Assembly (NCBI GenBank): GCA_964477745.1
Contig: CAYZEI010000001.1
Span: 393-64,392 of the forward strand
Direction: 5' to 3'
Source: an uncultured Candidatus Saccharibacteria bacterium
Lineage (GTDB): Bacteria; Patescibacteriota; Doudnabacteria; UBA920
DNA length: 64,000 nucleotides
A model generated the notes under the pieces. It worked only from the letters and a program-made list of their open reading frames with translations, did no database searches and had not been told where the DNA came from. Below, piece after piece: positions 19,682 through 29,195 of this stretch. Numbering within the stretch: the first letter of the stretch is position 1; each line of letters opens with the position of its first letter. A program made the position numbers and the translations under genes.

Positions 19682-19721
19682 TTTCGTAAGTTCGTACTTT
19701 TTTCGTACTTCGTAAAAACGA
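19682..19721. repeat. Right half (inner + outer arm) of the same family-1 element
   Basis: TTTCGTAAGTTCGTACTTTTTTCGTACTTCGTAAAAAC lies between the GxxExxY start codon and the ftsZ stop codon. Confidence 0.75.
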
Positions 19722-20909
19722 TTATTTCATTTTCTTCCGAATGAACGCCGGGATATCCAGTTCGTCTTCCGGAGTTTCATCCACACTTGGCGTTTCAATT
19801 CTGTCTATCGGTGGAGCTGGTTTTGGATTGAACATTGGCTTGCGAACTTCGGCTACCGGAATCGGATTGTTAAAAATTCTCGGCTCCGGCATTTTAACTT
19901 TCTTTGGTTCGTCATTCATTATTATAGAAGCCGGGGTCGGACGCTTACTGGATTCATCAAAGCCCGTGGCAATTACGGTAATGCGAATTTCATCGCCCAT
20001 GGTGTCGTCTATGACCGCGCCGAATTTCACTTTGGCATCAGGGTCAATGCTTCGGGTAATAACTTTGGCCGCTTCGTCTATTTCAAACATACCCAAAGAG
20101 CTACCACCGGTAATGTTAAACAGCACGCCCTTGGCGCCGTCTATGGTCATCTCTAAAAGAGGAGAATTAATAGCTGCCTTAGCGGCTTCCTGCGCGCGGT
20201 TTTCACCACTCGCTCTGCCAATACCCATAAGTGCGGTACCGGCGTCTTGCATTATGGATTTAATGTCCGCGAAGTCCGCGTTCACAATTCCGTGCGTGGT
20301 AATTAAATCTGAAATTCCGGCAATCCCCTGGCGTAAGACTTCGTCAACGGTTTTGAAAGCGTCTACCAGGGAAGTTTTTTTGTCGATGATTTGTAAAATG
20401 CGATCGTTGTGAATGGAAATAATCGCGTCGACTTTATCTTTTAAATTATCATAAGCGGTTTCGGCAACTTCTTTTCTTTTGCTACCTTCAAAAGTAAAAG
20501 GCTTGGTCACAACACCAACTGTGAGAATACCTTTGTTCTTGGCCAGCTCGGCTACAATCGGCGCTGCTCCACTACCGGTACCACCACCAAGACCGCAGGT
20601 TATAAAAACCATGTCGCCGTTTTCAATAACTTCTTCCAATTCTTCCACACTTTCTTCCGCTGCTTGCCTGCCCAATTCCGGATTCATTCCGCTTCCTAAT
20701 CCTTTAGTGGCACTTTTGCCGATATGAACTTTGCGATCGGCTTGGTTATTATGAAGAGCCTGCGCGTCGGTATTAATAGACACGAATTCCACACCCTTAA
20801 TCCCCAACTGGGTCATTCTGTTGACCGCGTTGGTTCCGGACCCGCCAATGCCAAGAACCTTAATTCTGGCAAAGGTTTCAATTTTTGGTTTGACTTCCAT
20901 TTTTTTCAT
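19722..20909 (-). CDS. ftsZ: Cell division protein FtsZ
   Basis: GGGTGSG tubulin signature, NTDAQAL, and the C-terminal peptide DIPAFIRKK (FtsA-binding tail). Confidence 0.95.
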   Translation of the reverse strand: MKKMEVKPKIETFARIKVLGIGGSGTNAVNRMTQLGIKGVEFVSINTDAQALHNNQADRKVHIGKSATKGLGSGMNPELGRQAAEESVEELEEVIENGDMVFITCGLGGGTGSGAAPIVAELAKNKGILTVGVVTKPFTFEGSKRKEVAETAYDNLKDKVDAIISIHNDRILQIIDKKTSLVDAFKTVDEVLRQGIAGISDLITTHGIVNADFADIKSIMQDAGTALMGIGRASGENRAQEAAKAAINSPLLEMTIDGAKGVLFNITGGSSLGMFEIDEAAKVITRSIDPDAKVKFGAVIDDTMGDEIRITVIATGFDESSKRPTPASIIMNDEPKKVKMPEPRIFNNPIPVAEVRKPMFNPKPAPPIDRIETPSVDETPEDELDIPAFIRKKMK

Positions 20910-21069
20910 GATTGATTACATTTAAACAATAATAGATATAAAAAATAAAATCAAGCGCTGAACAATTTTTAGACTGTTTTTCGCGTTTGATTTTTGTTTT
21001 GGGATATTTAACCGCTATTTTGGCAGTTACTTTTTGCTGTTAAAATTATAGCACACCCGTGGGTTTATG

Positions 21070-21108
21070 CAAAAATTCACCCGCTCTTTAGAATAAAGAG
21101 CGGGGTGA
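21070..21108 (-). terminator. Rho-independent terminator after the giant gene, before ftsZ
   Basis: CACCCGCTCTTTA-GAA-TAAAGAGCGGGGTG hairpin followed on the minus strand by a T-run. Confidence 0.6.
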
Positions 21109-21122
21109 ATAAGGTTTTGCAC

Positions 21123-24100
21123 CTATTTGACAGGTTTAGCGGGTTTTTTAGGATTTCCACCGCCTGCTTCTCTTTCGGCCCTGCGTTCCAACATTCTCTT
21201 ATGGGAGTCTTCCAATGCTTTTTTAATATCTTCAACTTGAGCGTCCGGAGGAATGCGTAAGAAATTTTTTGCCCCAAAGGCGGGCTTAGTCGCGCCGGCC
21301 TCAAAAGATAACAGGACTCCTTTACTTAAATCAGTATCCCGATGTGATGGATTTGTCTTATTCAGCAAACCATCTCTAATATTTTTCGGAAGTTGGTCTA
21401 ATGCAGAGTCAAATGCTTTCAATACTTTAAGCTTGTCACTGTCAGGCATTAATTTCCCGTCCATTATATAGTGCACCCGTTTTCCAGTCTTCTCCAATAG
21501 TTCCTTGCTCGCTGTGCCAAATTCAGTACCACCGGTTTCATTTGTCGATTTGGCGGTTTCTGATTTCGTCTCGACAAGCTTTTCGGATCCGGGTTTAGCA
21601 GTGGTTTCCGAAGCCCCTGGTTTCGGAGGCGCTTCAGAGCCTGGCTTAGGAGCAGCCGCTTTAGCTGCCGCTTCAATTTTTGCTTCCTCTTCCACTACAT
21701 CACCATAAAACTCCTCAACCTGATTTTGCTTTATTATATTCCCGGCAATTAAAGCTTGCTCCATTTGCCAAACAGCTTCTGCCCTCTCGGCTTTAGTAGC
21801 TTTATCCGGCTTTAAAATTTTTCCTTTATGAGCATCTCCCTCAACCACAAACCGAATAGCCTTTTTATCTATTTTTTTCAGGCCGGTATTTTGTCCGTAT
21901 AACTCAAGTAAGGCCGCGGCATATTGTGGGTTTAGGTAGCGCTTTAGAACATCACCTTTAAACTCAGGGGCTTTAGCTTCTGTGGTCTCACCGGCTGCTT
22001 TTTTGGTACCATCTTCTTGGCTTCCTCCTCCCCCACCACCAGACTCATTTCCGCCACTGCTACCTTTATCACCTGCTTTTTGGTCACCAGCTTTCTTTTT
22101 TGCTTCCTTTTCTTCTTGCTCTTTGTCTTTCTTTTCTTTATCCGCTTTTTGCTTGGCTTCTTTTTCTGCTTTTTTCTTTTGCTTCTTTTCTTCTTTTTCA
22201 TTTTCCCCGGGGCGATAGAAAACTTTTCTTTGTGGGGGAACAGTCGGCAAAGCTTGGTCATATTCAACCGGGCCTTTAACAGGCATAAAATCCTGGACGA
22301 CATCCTTTTTCCCAAAATCTATGCCCTGTCCGTTATTTTTTTCACTATTTATCCAAATATAATTTTTACTGCCATCACTTCTAGCCCCAGTTGCTTCCGC
22401 CAAGCCAAAGAACCCGGTGCCCTTTGGCCGTCCTGTGGCCGGGTCAAACAATTTGGCAATATTACTGTCTTTTGGAATTATTACTTCGTGGGTTTTGGAA
22501 TCCACATCTAAAACTATTGCGTCATGGGCATTTTTTCCGTCCGGCACAAATATCATTTTTATTTTTCCGTCCGCAAAAGCCTTTTCTAAATCCGGTTCCT
22601 GAACTTCCTGATTATGTATCATCCACGAACCGTCCTTCTCTACCGGAACTTTAAAATGAAAATTCCCACTACTATCTTTATTTATATAAAACTTCAATTC
22701 ATTGCCATTATGAGTATGTGGGGTTTCCCCAGTCGGGTTGTCGTACCAATTTTGCGTATGAATTTTTTCAATATTTCCTCCCGCAATATGGCCTTTTAAG
22801 CCTTTCATCCATTCCATTGAGGTCTGGTCACGGCTTCCGGTCACCACATGTTCCACCGCTGTTGCCCCGGCCATTACCGGATGCCCATCAAAATTACTTT
22901 GGTAGAACTTTGTACCTTTTACGCCATCTACAATCTTATCAAAAGAAGTATGGTGATTTTTAAAATAACTCCCACCCCATAACTTTTCAACCTGCTCACC
23001 ACCCAAATGTATAGCTTCCTGCGCTAAAATCCCACCGGCAAAACCCATAACCGCACCCTTTAATCCCGACACTAGCATTTCTTTTCGTTTAAAATCACCC
23101 TGTTTTTCGTTGACTTGTTTTATAACATCCAAAATGGCATTTTTTTCTTCATTGGCCATTATTTGCAAATCTTGCTCTTTAATTCCTAATTCTTTTAAGG
23201 CAATCTTTAAGTCGACTTTTGCCGAAACATTAGAACCATAACGTTTACCTTGGTCTTCATCCATACTAAACAAATCTACTTTGGTAAGCTTTTTACTTTG
23301 GTCTGCAATGGCATCTCTCTCTAATTGTAACCGCGCATAAATTTTTGCTAATTGCTGTTTCTCAGCTTCGGTGAAAGTTGTTTTGTCTTTCATAGATGCA
23401 ACTACTGCCATAGCATCTTTGAATGACATAACTACAGCATCATAACTGCGCTCACCTTTTTCACCCAAAACATCACTCCCTTTTCCGCCCAAAGTTTTTT
23501 GGCGCAATTCCTGAGCAGTATCATATTCCGTATCTTTACCGCGTTTAATCGCGCGATATACTCCCCCAACAGCTGCGCCAACTCCCAAAGGAACCCAAAA
23601 CCCGCCACCCGTTGCTACAGTGGCGCCACCAACCGCTGCCCATTTAATTGCACGCTGAACTCCTTGAGTGGCCACTGTTGTGGCGACACCCATAACAAAT
23701 GGGTTTAGTAGTATTTTGCCTAAAACCTTATTATTTTCACCCCAATTAACTGCTCTCTCAGATAAATTTAAAATGCCTTTCGGACGATTATTTACAATAT
23801 CCCTATCCTTAAAGCCCAATTGCAAATTCAAACCCCGGACACCTTCTACCTGCTTGCTTATAGCATCACGGATTGTTTCAATATTAGCTTCAGGATTCTT
23901 ATCCATAACTTCTTTAACCACCGCATCAATCTCTGATTTGTTTTCCTTATCTATAGATTCTAAAATTTCATAAAAATTGCTCGCATACAAAAGACCCTTG
24001 GTTTCATTTGTCCTGTCATTATTTGTGGTCCATTTCCCAGCCGATCTCCTGTTAATATAACCCGCAATGTTTTCTTTTACAAACAATTCTACAGCCGCAC

Positions 24101-26015
24101 GCTTATCTAATCCCTTATAGGCATCGCCGTCCCATTTATTGGTTCTATACCTATGCAACAGTTCTGAAAATCTGTCTTGAACTTCGGGATCATTATTCAT
24201 ACTGTCTCCAACCTCCCGCTGAGTGTCTACTAACTCTTTTTTATATTCCAAAACAACCTTATCCAACATTTCCAAGTATTCGCTGGATACAAGAGCTCCT
24301 GCTCCCGGCACTTCTACGCCAGATACCCGCTCAGAAATTGCCTTCATCAAATTATTATCTTTTTTAATTTCTTCTCTGGCCTCGGTAATAAGATTACGGC
24401 GGGTGGCAGCCTCTGTCATTCCCTTCCAAGCATTTTTTATAACCTTGCCAAAAAACCCGCCCTTGTGGTCAAAATGTTTTCTTAATTTTTCTTCAGCCTT
24501 TGTTTCCGCCATACGCTCAGCAATTGCGGAAATATCTATTAAGAAAAGCTTTTTGTCAGTTTTTTCTGGAGCAGGTACTTCTTTTACTGGAATTACGTCA
24601 AGTTTATTTTCCCAATCATAAGGCTTTTCATCATTTTCCAATTTATGTTTTGCTGGAGTTGGAGTTGGCTTTAAAGTAACAACAGGAGACTCTTCAGGAA
24701 TAATCTTTGTTGTAGATTCTGTGGTAGTAATAGGCGTTAGTTCTGGAGTTTTTTTAATAACCGGAGTGGATACAACTTCCGATTCCAATTCCTCTTTTGG
24801 CACCTGCTGTTCTTGTGGCAATACCAAAACCCGCCTGCTTTCCAACGCAAGCATGGCTAATTCATAATTCTGTCGCAACTCGTCCATTTTATCAAAATCT
24901 TGAGGCAACTTATTTTCTCCAACAAATCTTTCCAAAAGCATAGCCTTGTACTCTTCGTCTTTTGCAATAAGGTTGGCCTCGCGTTCGGTATAAAGATGTT
25001 GCTCCCTCTTTTGGCCTTCACCTAAGGGACTAACCGCCTCGCCGTCCTTTTTATAATTTTTTGGGTAATGAAAAGCAAAATACGGCAAGGAACTTTCTGA
25101 AAGCACCTTAACCAAATTATGATATTTGCCTAACGTTTTAGTACGGACATCCAGTTGTTCTTTTAGTTTTTTGTCGTCAATTTTTAAATATTTTTCCACC
25201 CGCTGGCGTAAAGCTTCGCCCAATTGCTGTTTTTTAAACTCTTCGTCATAACCGCCAAATACTTTCCCTTCCGCTTCGGCCTTTTTCCTGTCCGCTTCTT
25301 CCCAAGCTTCCACTTCTTTATACGCTTCTTCTTTAAGTTTATCTTTAACCGGCAACTTGTTTAACACTTCAAACCAAGCCATTTTCTTTTTGGCCTCTTC
25401 CCCACTAATATTTGCTCTAACGGATGCTAACTCATATTTTTCTTTAACTTTCCTGCTACCTTCTATACCCGCTTCTGTTCGGTGGGCTTGTCTGACCTGT
25501 TTTTCTGTTAATGCTCTTAACCTTTGGACTACTGTAATAAGCTCATCTACCGGTAAACCCTCCAACCGATGCGCATTAACTTTACCATTATTGTCCAGCA
25601 CTTCCACGGAATAGTTTTCTCCGTCTACAATTTTACTTTTCGCACCCTCCACGCTTTTTTGGATCCACTGTAGACGCGCTCTATCTTTAGCGGAAAGACT
25701 TGGTTCTGACAAAGCATTGGAAATTAAACGCAAAGAACCGTCTACGGACTCTTTAATTTCCGCTCGTTCCCGCGAAACTCTTTCGTTCTGTTCTTTAACT
25801 CTGTCAATTTCTGCCTGATTTTTTACCTTTTTTGTTTCCGGATTATCTTTTTTTACTGGCTGTTCTTTTTTTGCACCACTGTCAACAACGGGTTTACCAT
25901 TTTCCGGTTTATGTCCGCCATTGCCGTTATGCTCGGAGATTTGCTGTTCCCAGGTTTTACCGGCAAGTCTCTCGCTTGCTAATCTGACAGTGTCAAAACC
26001 ATTTTTTTTCGCCAT
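21123..26015 (-). CDS. Giant (1630 aa) K/E-rich coiled-coil protein with central glycine-zipper hydrophobic hairpin(s) and a C-terminal presumably extracytoplasmic domain; function unknown
   Basis: No signal peptide. About 790 N-terminal residues are charged and helical. Hydrophobic Gly-rich segments: ILLNPFVMGVATTVATQGV...AAVGGATVATGGGFWVPLGVGAAVGGVY and LKGAVMGFAGGILAQEAIHLGG. A KE-rich low-complexity block (EKEEKKQKKKAEKEAKQK...GGGGGGS). Pro-rich KPGSE repeats near the C-terminus. Confidence 0.7.
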   Translation of the reverse strand: MAKKNGFDTVRLASERLAGKTWEQQISEHNGNGGHKPENGKPVVDSGAKKEQPVKKDNPETKKVKNQAEIDRVKEQNERVSRERAEIKESVDGSLRLISNALSEPSLSAKDRARLQWIQKSVEGAKSKIVDGENYSVEVLDNNGKVNAHRLEGLPVDELITVVQRLRALTEKQVRQAHRTEAGIEGSRKVKEKYELASVRANISGEEAKKKMAWFEVLNKLPVKDKLKEEAYKEVEAWEEADRKKAEAEGKVFGGYDEEFKKQQLGEALRQRVEKYLKIDDKKLKEQLDVRTKTLGKYHNLVKVLSESSLPYFAFHYPKNYKKDGEAVSPLGEGQKREQHLYTEREANLIAKDEEYKAMLLERFVGENKLPQDFDKMDELRQNYELAMLALESRRVLVLPQEQQVPKEELESEVVSTPVIKKTPELTPITTTESTTKIIPEESPVVTLKPTPTPAKHKLENDEKPYDWENKLDVIPVKEVPAPEKTDKKLFLIDISAIAERMAETKAEEKLRKHFDHKGGFFGKVIKNAWKGMTEAATRRNLITEAREEIKKDNNLMKAISERVSGVEVPGAGALVSSEYLEMLDKVVLEYKKELVDTQREVGDSMNNDPEVQDRFSELLHRYRTNKWDGDAYKGLDKRAAVELFVKENIAGYINRRSAGKWTTNNDRTNETKGLLYASNFYEILESIDKENKSEIDAVVKEVMDKNPEANIETIRDAISKQVEGVRGLNLQLGFKDRDIVNNRPKGILNLSERAVNWGENNKVLGKILLNPFVMGVATTVATQGVQRAIKWAAVGGATVATGGGFWVPLGVGAAVGGVYRAIKRGKDTEYDTAQELRQKTLGGKGSDVLGEKGERSYDAVVMSFKDAMAVVASMKDKTTFTEAEKQQLAKIYARLQLERDAIADQSKKLTKVDLFSMDEDQGKRYGSNVSAKVDLKIALKELGIKEQDLQIMANEEKNAILDVIKQVNEKQGDFKRKEMLVSGLKGAVMGFAGGILAQEAIHLGGEQVEKLWGGSYFKNHHTSFDKIVDGVKGTKFYQSNFDGHPVMAGATAVEHVVTGSRDQTSMEWMKGLKGHIAGGNIEKIHTQNWYDNPTGETPHTHNGNELKFYINKDSSGNFHFKVPVEKDGSWMIHNQEVQEPDLEKAFADGKIKMIFVPDGKNAHDAIVLDVDSKTHEVIIPKDSNIAKLFDPATGRPKGTGFFGLAEATGARSDGSKNYIWINSEKNNGQGIDFGKKDVVQDFMPVKGPVEYDQALPTVPPQRKVFYRPGENEKEEKKQKKKAEKEAKQKADKEKKDKEQEEKEAKKKAGDQKAGDKGSSGGNESGGGGGGSQEDGTKKAAGETTEAKAPEFKGDVLKRYLNPQYAAALLELYGQNTGLKKIDKKAIRFVVEGDAHKGKILKPDKATKAERAEAVWQMEQALIAGNIIKQNQVEEFYGDVVEEEAKIEAAAKAAAPKPGSEAPPKPGASETTAKPGSEKLVETKSETAKSTNETGGTEFGTASKELLEKTGKRVHYIMDGKLMPDSDKLKVLKAFDSALDQLPKNIRDGLLNKTNPSHRDTDLSKGVLLSFEAGATKPAFGAKNFLRIPPDAQVEDIKKALEDSHKRMLERRAEREAGGGNPKKPAKPVK

Positions 26016-26019
26016 AGAA

Positions 26020-26349
26020 TTATTGTCCTAAATAAGCTTGTTTAAATTTCACCATCTCATCTTTAAAAATTTCGCTGATGTTTGGAATTTGCGTTCCAAC
26101 AAAAGCCATAATTTCTTCCTGGCTTGGACTGGTTGCCAGTAATTTTTCCATTTCCGGCGCAGCGGATTCCGGCAAGTGCTGAAAAATAGATTGCATTAAC
26201 CACTGTTGCAAACGGTCCGCTAGATCTTTTATCATTTGCTCTTTTAAACTTTCCGGAATGTCTTTAATTCCTTTGTCATAAAGACAAGAATCTAAAAAAG
26301 CGTACAAAGGAGGAGTTATTAAATTGTCTTGGGTATTTTGTGTGTCCAT
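26020..26349 (-). CDS. Small acidic protein (109 aa), co-operonic with the giant protein
   Basis: 4-bp gap to the giant ORF. Acidic and helical. No family recognised. Confidence 0.5.
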   Translation of the reverse strand: MDTQNTQDNLITPPLYAFLDSCLYDKGIKDIPESLKEQMIKDLADRLQQWLMQSIFQHLPESAAPEMEKLLATSPSQEEIMAFVGTQIPNISEIFKDEMVKFKQAYLGQ

Positions 26350-26370
26350 AAAAAAATTTAAATTTTGAGT

Positions 26371-28089
26371 TTAGGACAAGGCCTTAGAAATTCTGTCCAA
26401 AGCTTCGTCACTTAATGAGCCAAAAAGACCATCTTCATCACTGCCAATTTCTTCAGTTCCGAATATTTCTGCCACATATTTTAATTCTTTTTTTGCAGGC
26501 TTAACTACAACCGGCTCCGCTTCCCGAATTGGTTCTTCAGTTACAGGATCAAGTACTACTTTTGTAACTTCCGGAGCATCAACTATTTCAGGCTTTGTTT
26601 CTACAACTTTTTTAACGTGCCATAAGTCTGTTGGTAGAGGTTTGGCTCGCACATAACCTAATAGCGAATATTTTAAAACTTTCGCTTTGGTCATAGTTTC
26701 GTTTTCCGGCGCTTCCGCAAGAGGGTGGTCTTTTAAATACTCTTTTAACCCATCCATAGAAAGATTGTACAACTTCTGAAACTCCTTTAAAAATTCTTGT
26801 CTTGCGCCGACAAGAGTTTCTTTTCCCAATAAATAAAGCGCTTCAGTGCCTTTAAGCCCGGCATTTTGGGACAATTCAGATAAAATACTTTTGTATCCCA
26901 ACGCCTTTTCCAAAGATTCAAAGCGTGTCTTTAATAACTCCATAAAAGCTTTGGCCTTGGCTTGAAACTCTGGACTATTAAAATGCTCCTCGTCGGTACT
27001 CCAACGATTAATATTTCTTTCCGGCTGTGCGGGTAAAGGCGTTTGTACTAATTTTTCAAATCTTTTCTCACCAATAGCTTCAATCCATGTGTCCAAAACT
27101 GCCTTACTTTGGATTGATTCCTTAAAAGATGTTGTCTTAGTAAAATCTGGGAATTGAATTTGGGATCTATTTAAAACATCTTCAAAATCACCGCGCTCCT
27201 TTTTTTCGGAATCGGTTAAACTAATAAATTTTTTTCTTCGTAAAGCCAAATATTTTTCCACTTCAGGTTTTGACTTTTTGGTAATATTAACCAATTCTTC
27301 CACAGAAAAAGCATCTATTTCCTGCCAGTTATCAATTCTCCCATTCGGTCCCACGCCCACAACCAGATCACCTTTTTCTACGGCAAATCTAGGGTAAAAT
27401 TTTCCATTTGTCTCTACTAAAACTTGTCTGCAGGCTTCCACATATTTTTTTAACTCTTCCGGGCTTGCCACTTGTGCTACCGGAGACAAATAAATATAAT
27501 ATGGGGTCTTTTCTTTCCCCGCAATAACCGCCTTTAATTTATAAGGCAATCTGCTTTCGTCTATGGTTATTGATTCGGCCTTAAGTTCAGTTTCAGGATT
27601 TTCTGCCACTGCTGGAGCAACTACTTCCTGAACTTCAGCGCTGTCCTCGGGGATTACCGGCTCTACTTCAGGCTCGAGCATATAACCCAAGTATTCATCA
27701 CATTGGCGCTGATATTCTTCGTTATCAACTTGATGCGTTTTCCATCCTTTAACCACAGTCTTTATTTCATCATCAGACATTTCTTCCAAATAATTCTGCG
27801 GGGTAAGGGCAATGCTTTGTAAAAAATCCAACATCTCCGGTTGAGATTCTTCTATGCTAGTCGCAATGGATTTTAAATAACTGTTCAAATCAACCACACC
27901 CAGGCTTTCATCGTTGACTTCTTCAGGATGCTGACGATAATTAAATCCTACGGCAAAAGCCAAACGCGATTTTTTGGAAATACTTTTAGGCAAATCTTTA
28001 ATTTCTGAAATTTCAGGAACATCTGGAACATTAGGGGCACCTTCTAGCCCCTTTAAGTCTGATAATTTAGTATATTTAGATTCGTCCAT
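26371..28089 (-). CDS. Acidic soluble protein (572 aa), first gene of the giant-protein operon
   Basis: 21-bp gap to the next gene. No TM. E/D-rich. No family recognised. Confidence 0.6.
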   Translation of the reverse strand: MDESKYTKLSDLKGLEGAPNVPDVPEISEIKDLPKSISKKSRLAFAVGFNYRQHPEEVNDESLGVVDLNSYLKSIATSIEESQPEMLDFLQSIALTPQNYLEEMSDDEIKTVVKGWKTHQVDNEEYQRQCDEYLGYMLEPEVEPVIPEDSAEVQEVVAPAVAENPETELKAESITIDESRLPYKLKAVIAGKEKTPYYIYLSPVAQVASPEELKKYVEACRQVLVETNGKFYPRFAVEKGDLVVGVGPNGRIDNWQEIDAFSVEELVNITKKSKPEVEKYLALRRKKFISLTDSEKKERGDFEDVLNRSQIQFPDFTKTTSFKESIQSKAVLDTWIEAIGEKRFEKLVQTPLPAQPERNINRWSTDEEHFNSPEFQAKAKAFMELLKTRFESLEKALGYKSILSELSQNAGLKGTEALYLLGKETLVGARQEFLKEFQKLYNLSMDGLKEYLKDHPLAEAPENETMTKAKVLKYSLLGYVRAKPLPTDLWHVKKVVETKPEIVDAPEVTKVVLDPVTEEPIREAEPVVVKPAKKELKYVAEIFGTEEIGSDEDGLFGSLSDEALDRISKALS

Positions 28090-28154
28090 AAAGATGTCTA
28101 AATGAATATATTTTTGTTTCTTTTTTATATAATAACTTACCTTTATTAAAGCAT

Positions 28155-28198
28155 AAAAATGATAAAAAGAAAAGCGCCAGAATCATGAGATTCTGGCG
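28155..28198 (-). terminator. Rho-independent terminator (CGCCAGAATC-ATGA-GATTCTGGCG + T-run on minus strand)
   Basis: Perfect 10-bp stem. Separates the Pro-rich gene trio from the giant-protein operon. Confidence 0.65.
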
Positions 28199-28248
28199 GC
28201 AGTAGAAATAAAGCCGCTACTAGCTTCGGCGCATCTTCACGCGAACTC

Positions 28249-28980
28249 TTACGGGGTAATAACCCCGAGTACAGGCACAATCTTGTGCCCAACAGTAGCT
28301 GCCGGTCCGGAGACCGGCCACAGCCACCATGCCAAGAATGCTTCAGCGGGGCAAAAGCCGATTTTCTCGGCAGTTCCCCACTTGGACCAATCGCGGATAC
28401 CAACGGTGTACGCATACACGCAGTGGATAACCGGTAACTTGGTCCACAAAGGCCGACCCTTCTTGTCCCAAGTCAAGGTGACCTGGTACTGTCCGGTTTC
28501 CGGCCAATCGGGCGGGGGCGGAAGCTCGTTGAGCTCCACCGGCGGTTCGGCCGGTGGTAAAGTTACTTCCGGTTCCGCAGGTGGCGGAGGTGGTGGTGGC
28601 TCGGGAGCCGGTGGCGGAGGTGGTGGTGGAACAGGAACGTACTCAAGAGAATACACCTTATTCCCGCAATCATACCGCACCATTACTGAACTTCCGGAGA
28701 AGATGAACTTCTCGCCGGCTGCTTGGGGAACAAACCCCTTGCCACCAACGATATCCATCTCTACGCACGCACGCTCCTCAAGAGCGCGAATTTCTTCACC
28801 AACCGCCGGTTCGCGGTGACGGTTAAGGAAAGACGGGGTGTAATTTGAAAACTCCCCACTCTCCACCGCCGAGACGCACGCGGCCATTGTTGCAAAACGC
28901 GTTTTGCCGGTTTCCGCTCCGAAGAGCATCATCCCGGCGAAGATTGAAAGACACAAGAGTTTCAACATAGCCACCAACAA
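28249..28980 (-). CDS. Secreted poly-proline protein (243 aa) with Trp-rich C-terminal domain
   Basis: Signal peptide MLVAMLKLLCLSIFAGMMLFGA. PVPPPPPPPAPEPPPPPPPAEPE tract. Local GC well above the window average. Confidence 0.55.
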   Translation of the reverse strand: MLVAMLKLLCLSIFAGMMLFGAETGKTRFATMAACVSAVESGEFSNYTPSFLNRHREPAVGEEIRALEERACVEMDIVGGKGFVPQAAGEKFIFSGSSVMVRYDCGNKVYSLEYVPVPPPPPPPAPEPPPPPPPAEPEVTLPPAEPPVELNELPPPPDWPETGQYQVTLTWDKKGRPLWTKLPVIHCVYAYTVGIRDWSKWGTAEKIGFCPAEAFLAWWLWPVSGPAATVGHKIVPVLGVITP

Positions 28981-29195
28981 ACTTTTGGTTCACCTAATAG
29001 CTATAAGCTAAAACCAAAAAGCTAACTGGTCGCTATGTTGAAATCTACAATTTCCTCCTTATATTATTTTAGACAAATTTTGCCTAATGTTTTTTACCAA
29101 AATATTTTTAGTATAAAACATCAAACAAAATTTTTAAAAGTGGTGGTAGAAGTGCGGGCCGATTGGGTCCGCACTTCTACCTTGCTTATAAAGCG

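Noticed and set aside
21982-22654. Plus-strand ORFs 21982..22218, 22017..22511, 22391..22654 (poly-Phe/Leu)
   Set aside because: They are antisense to the KE-rich low-complexity segment of the giant protein. Complementary codons give F/L/S-rich junk.
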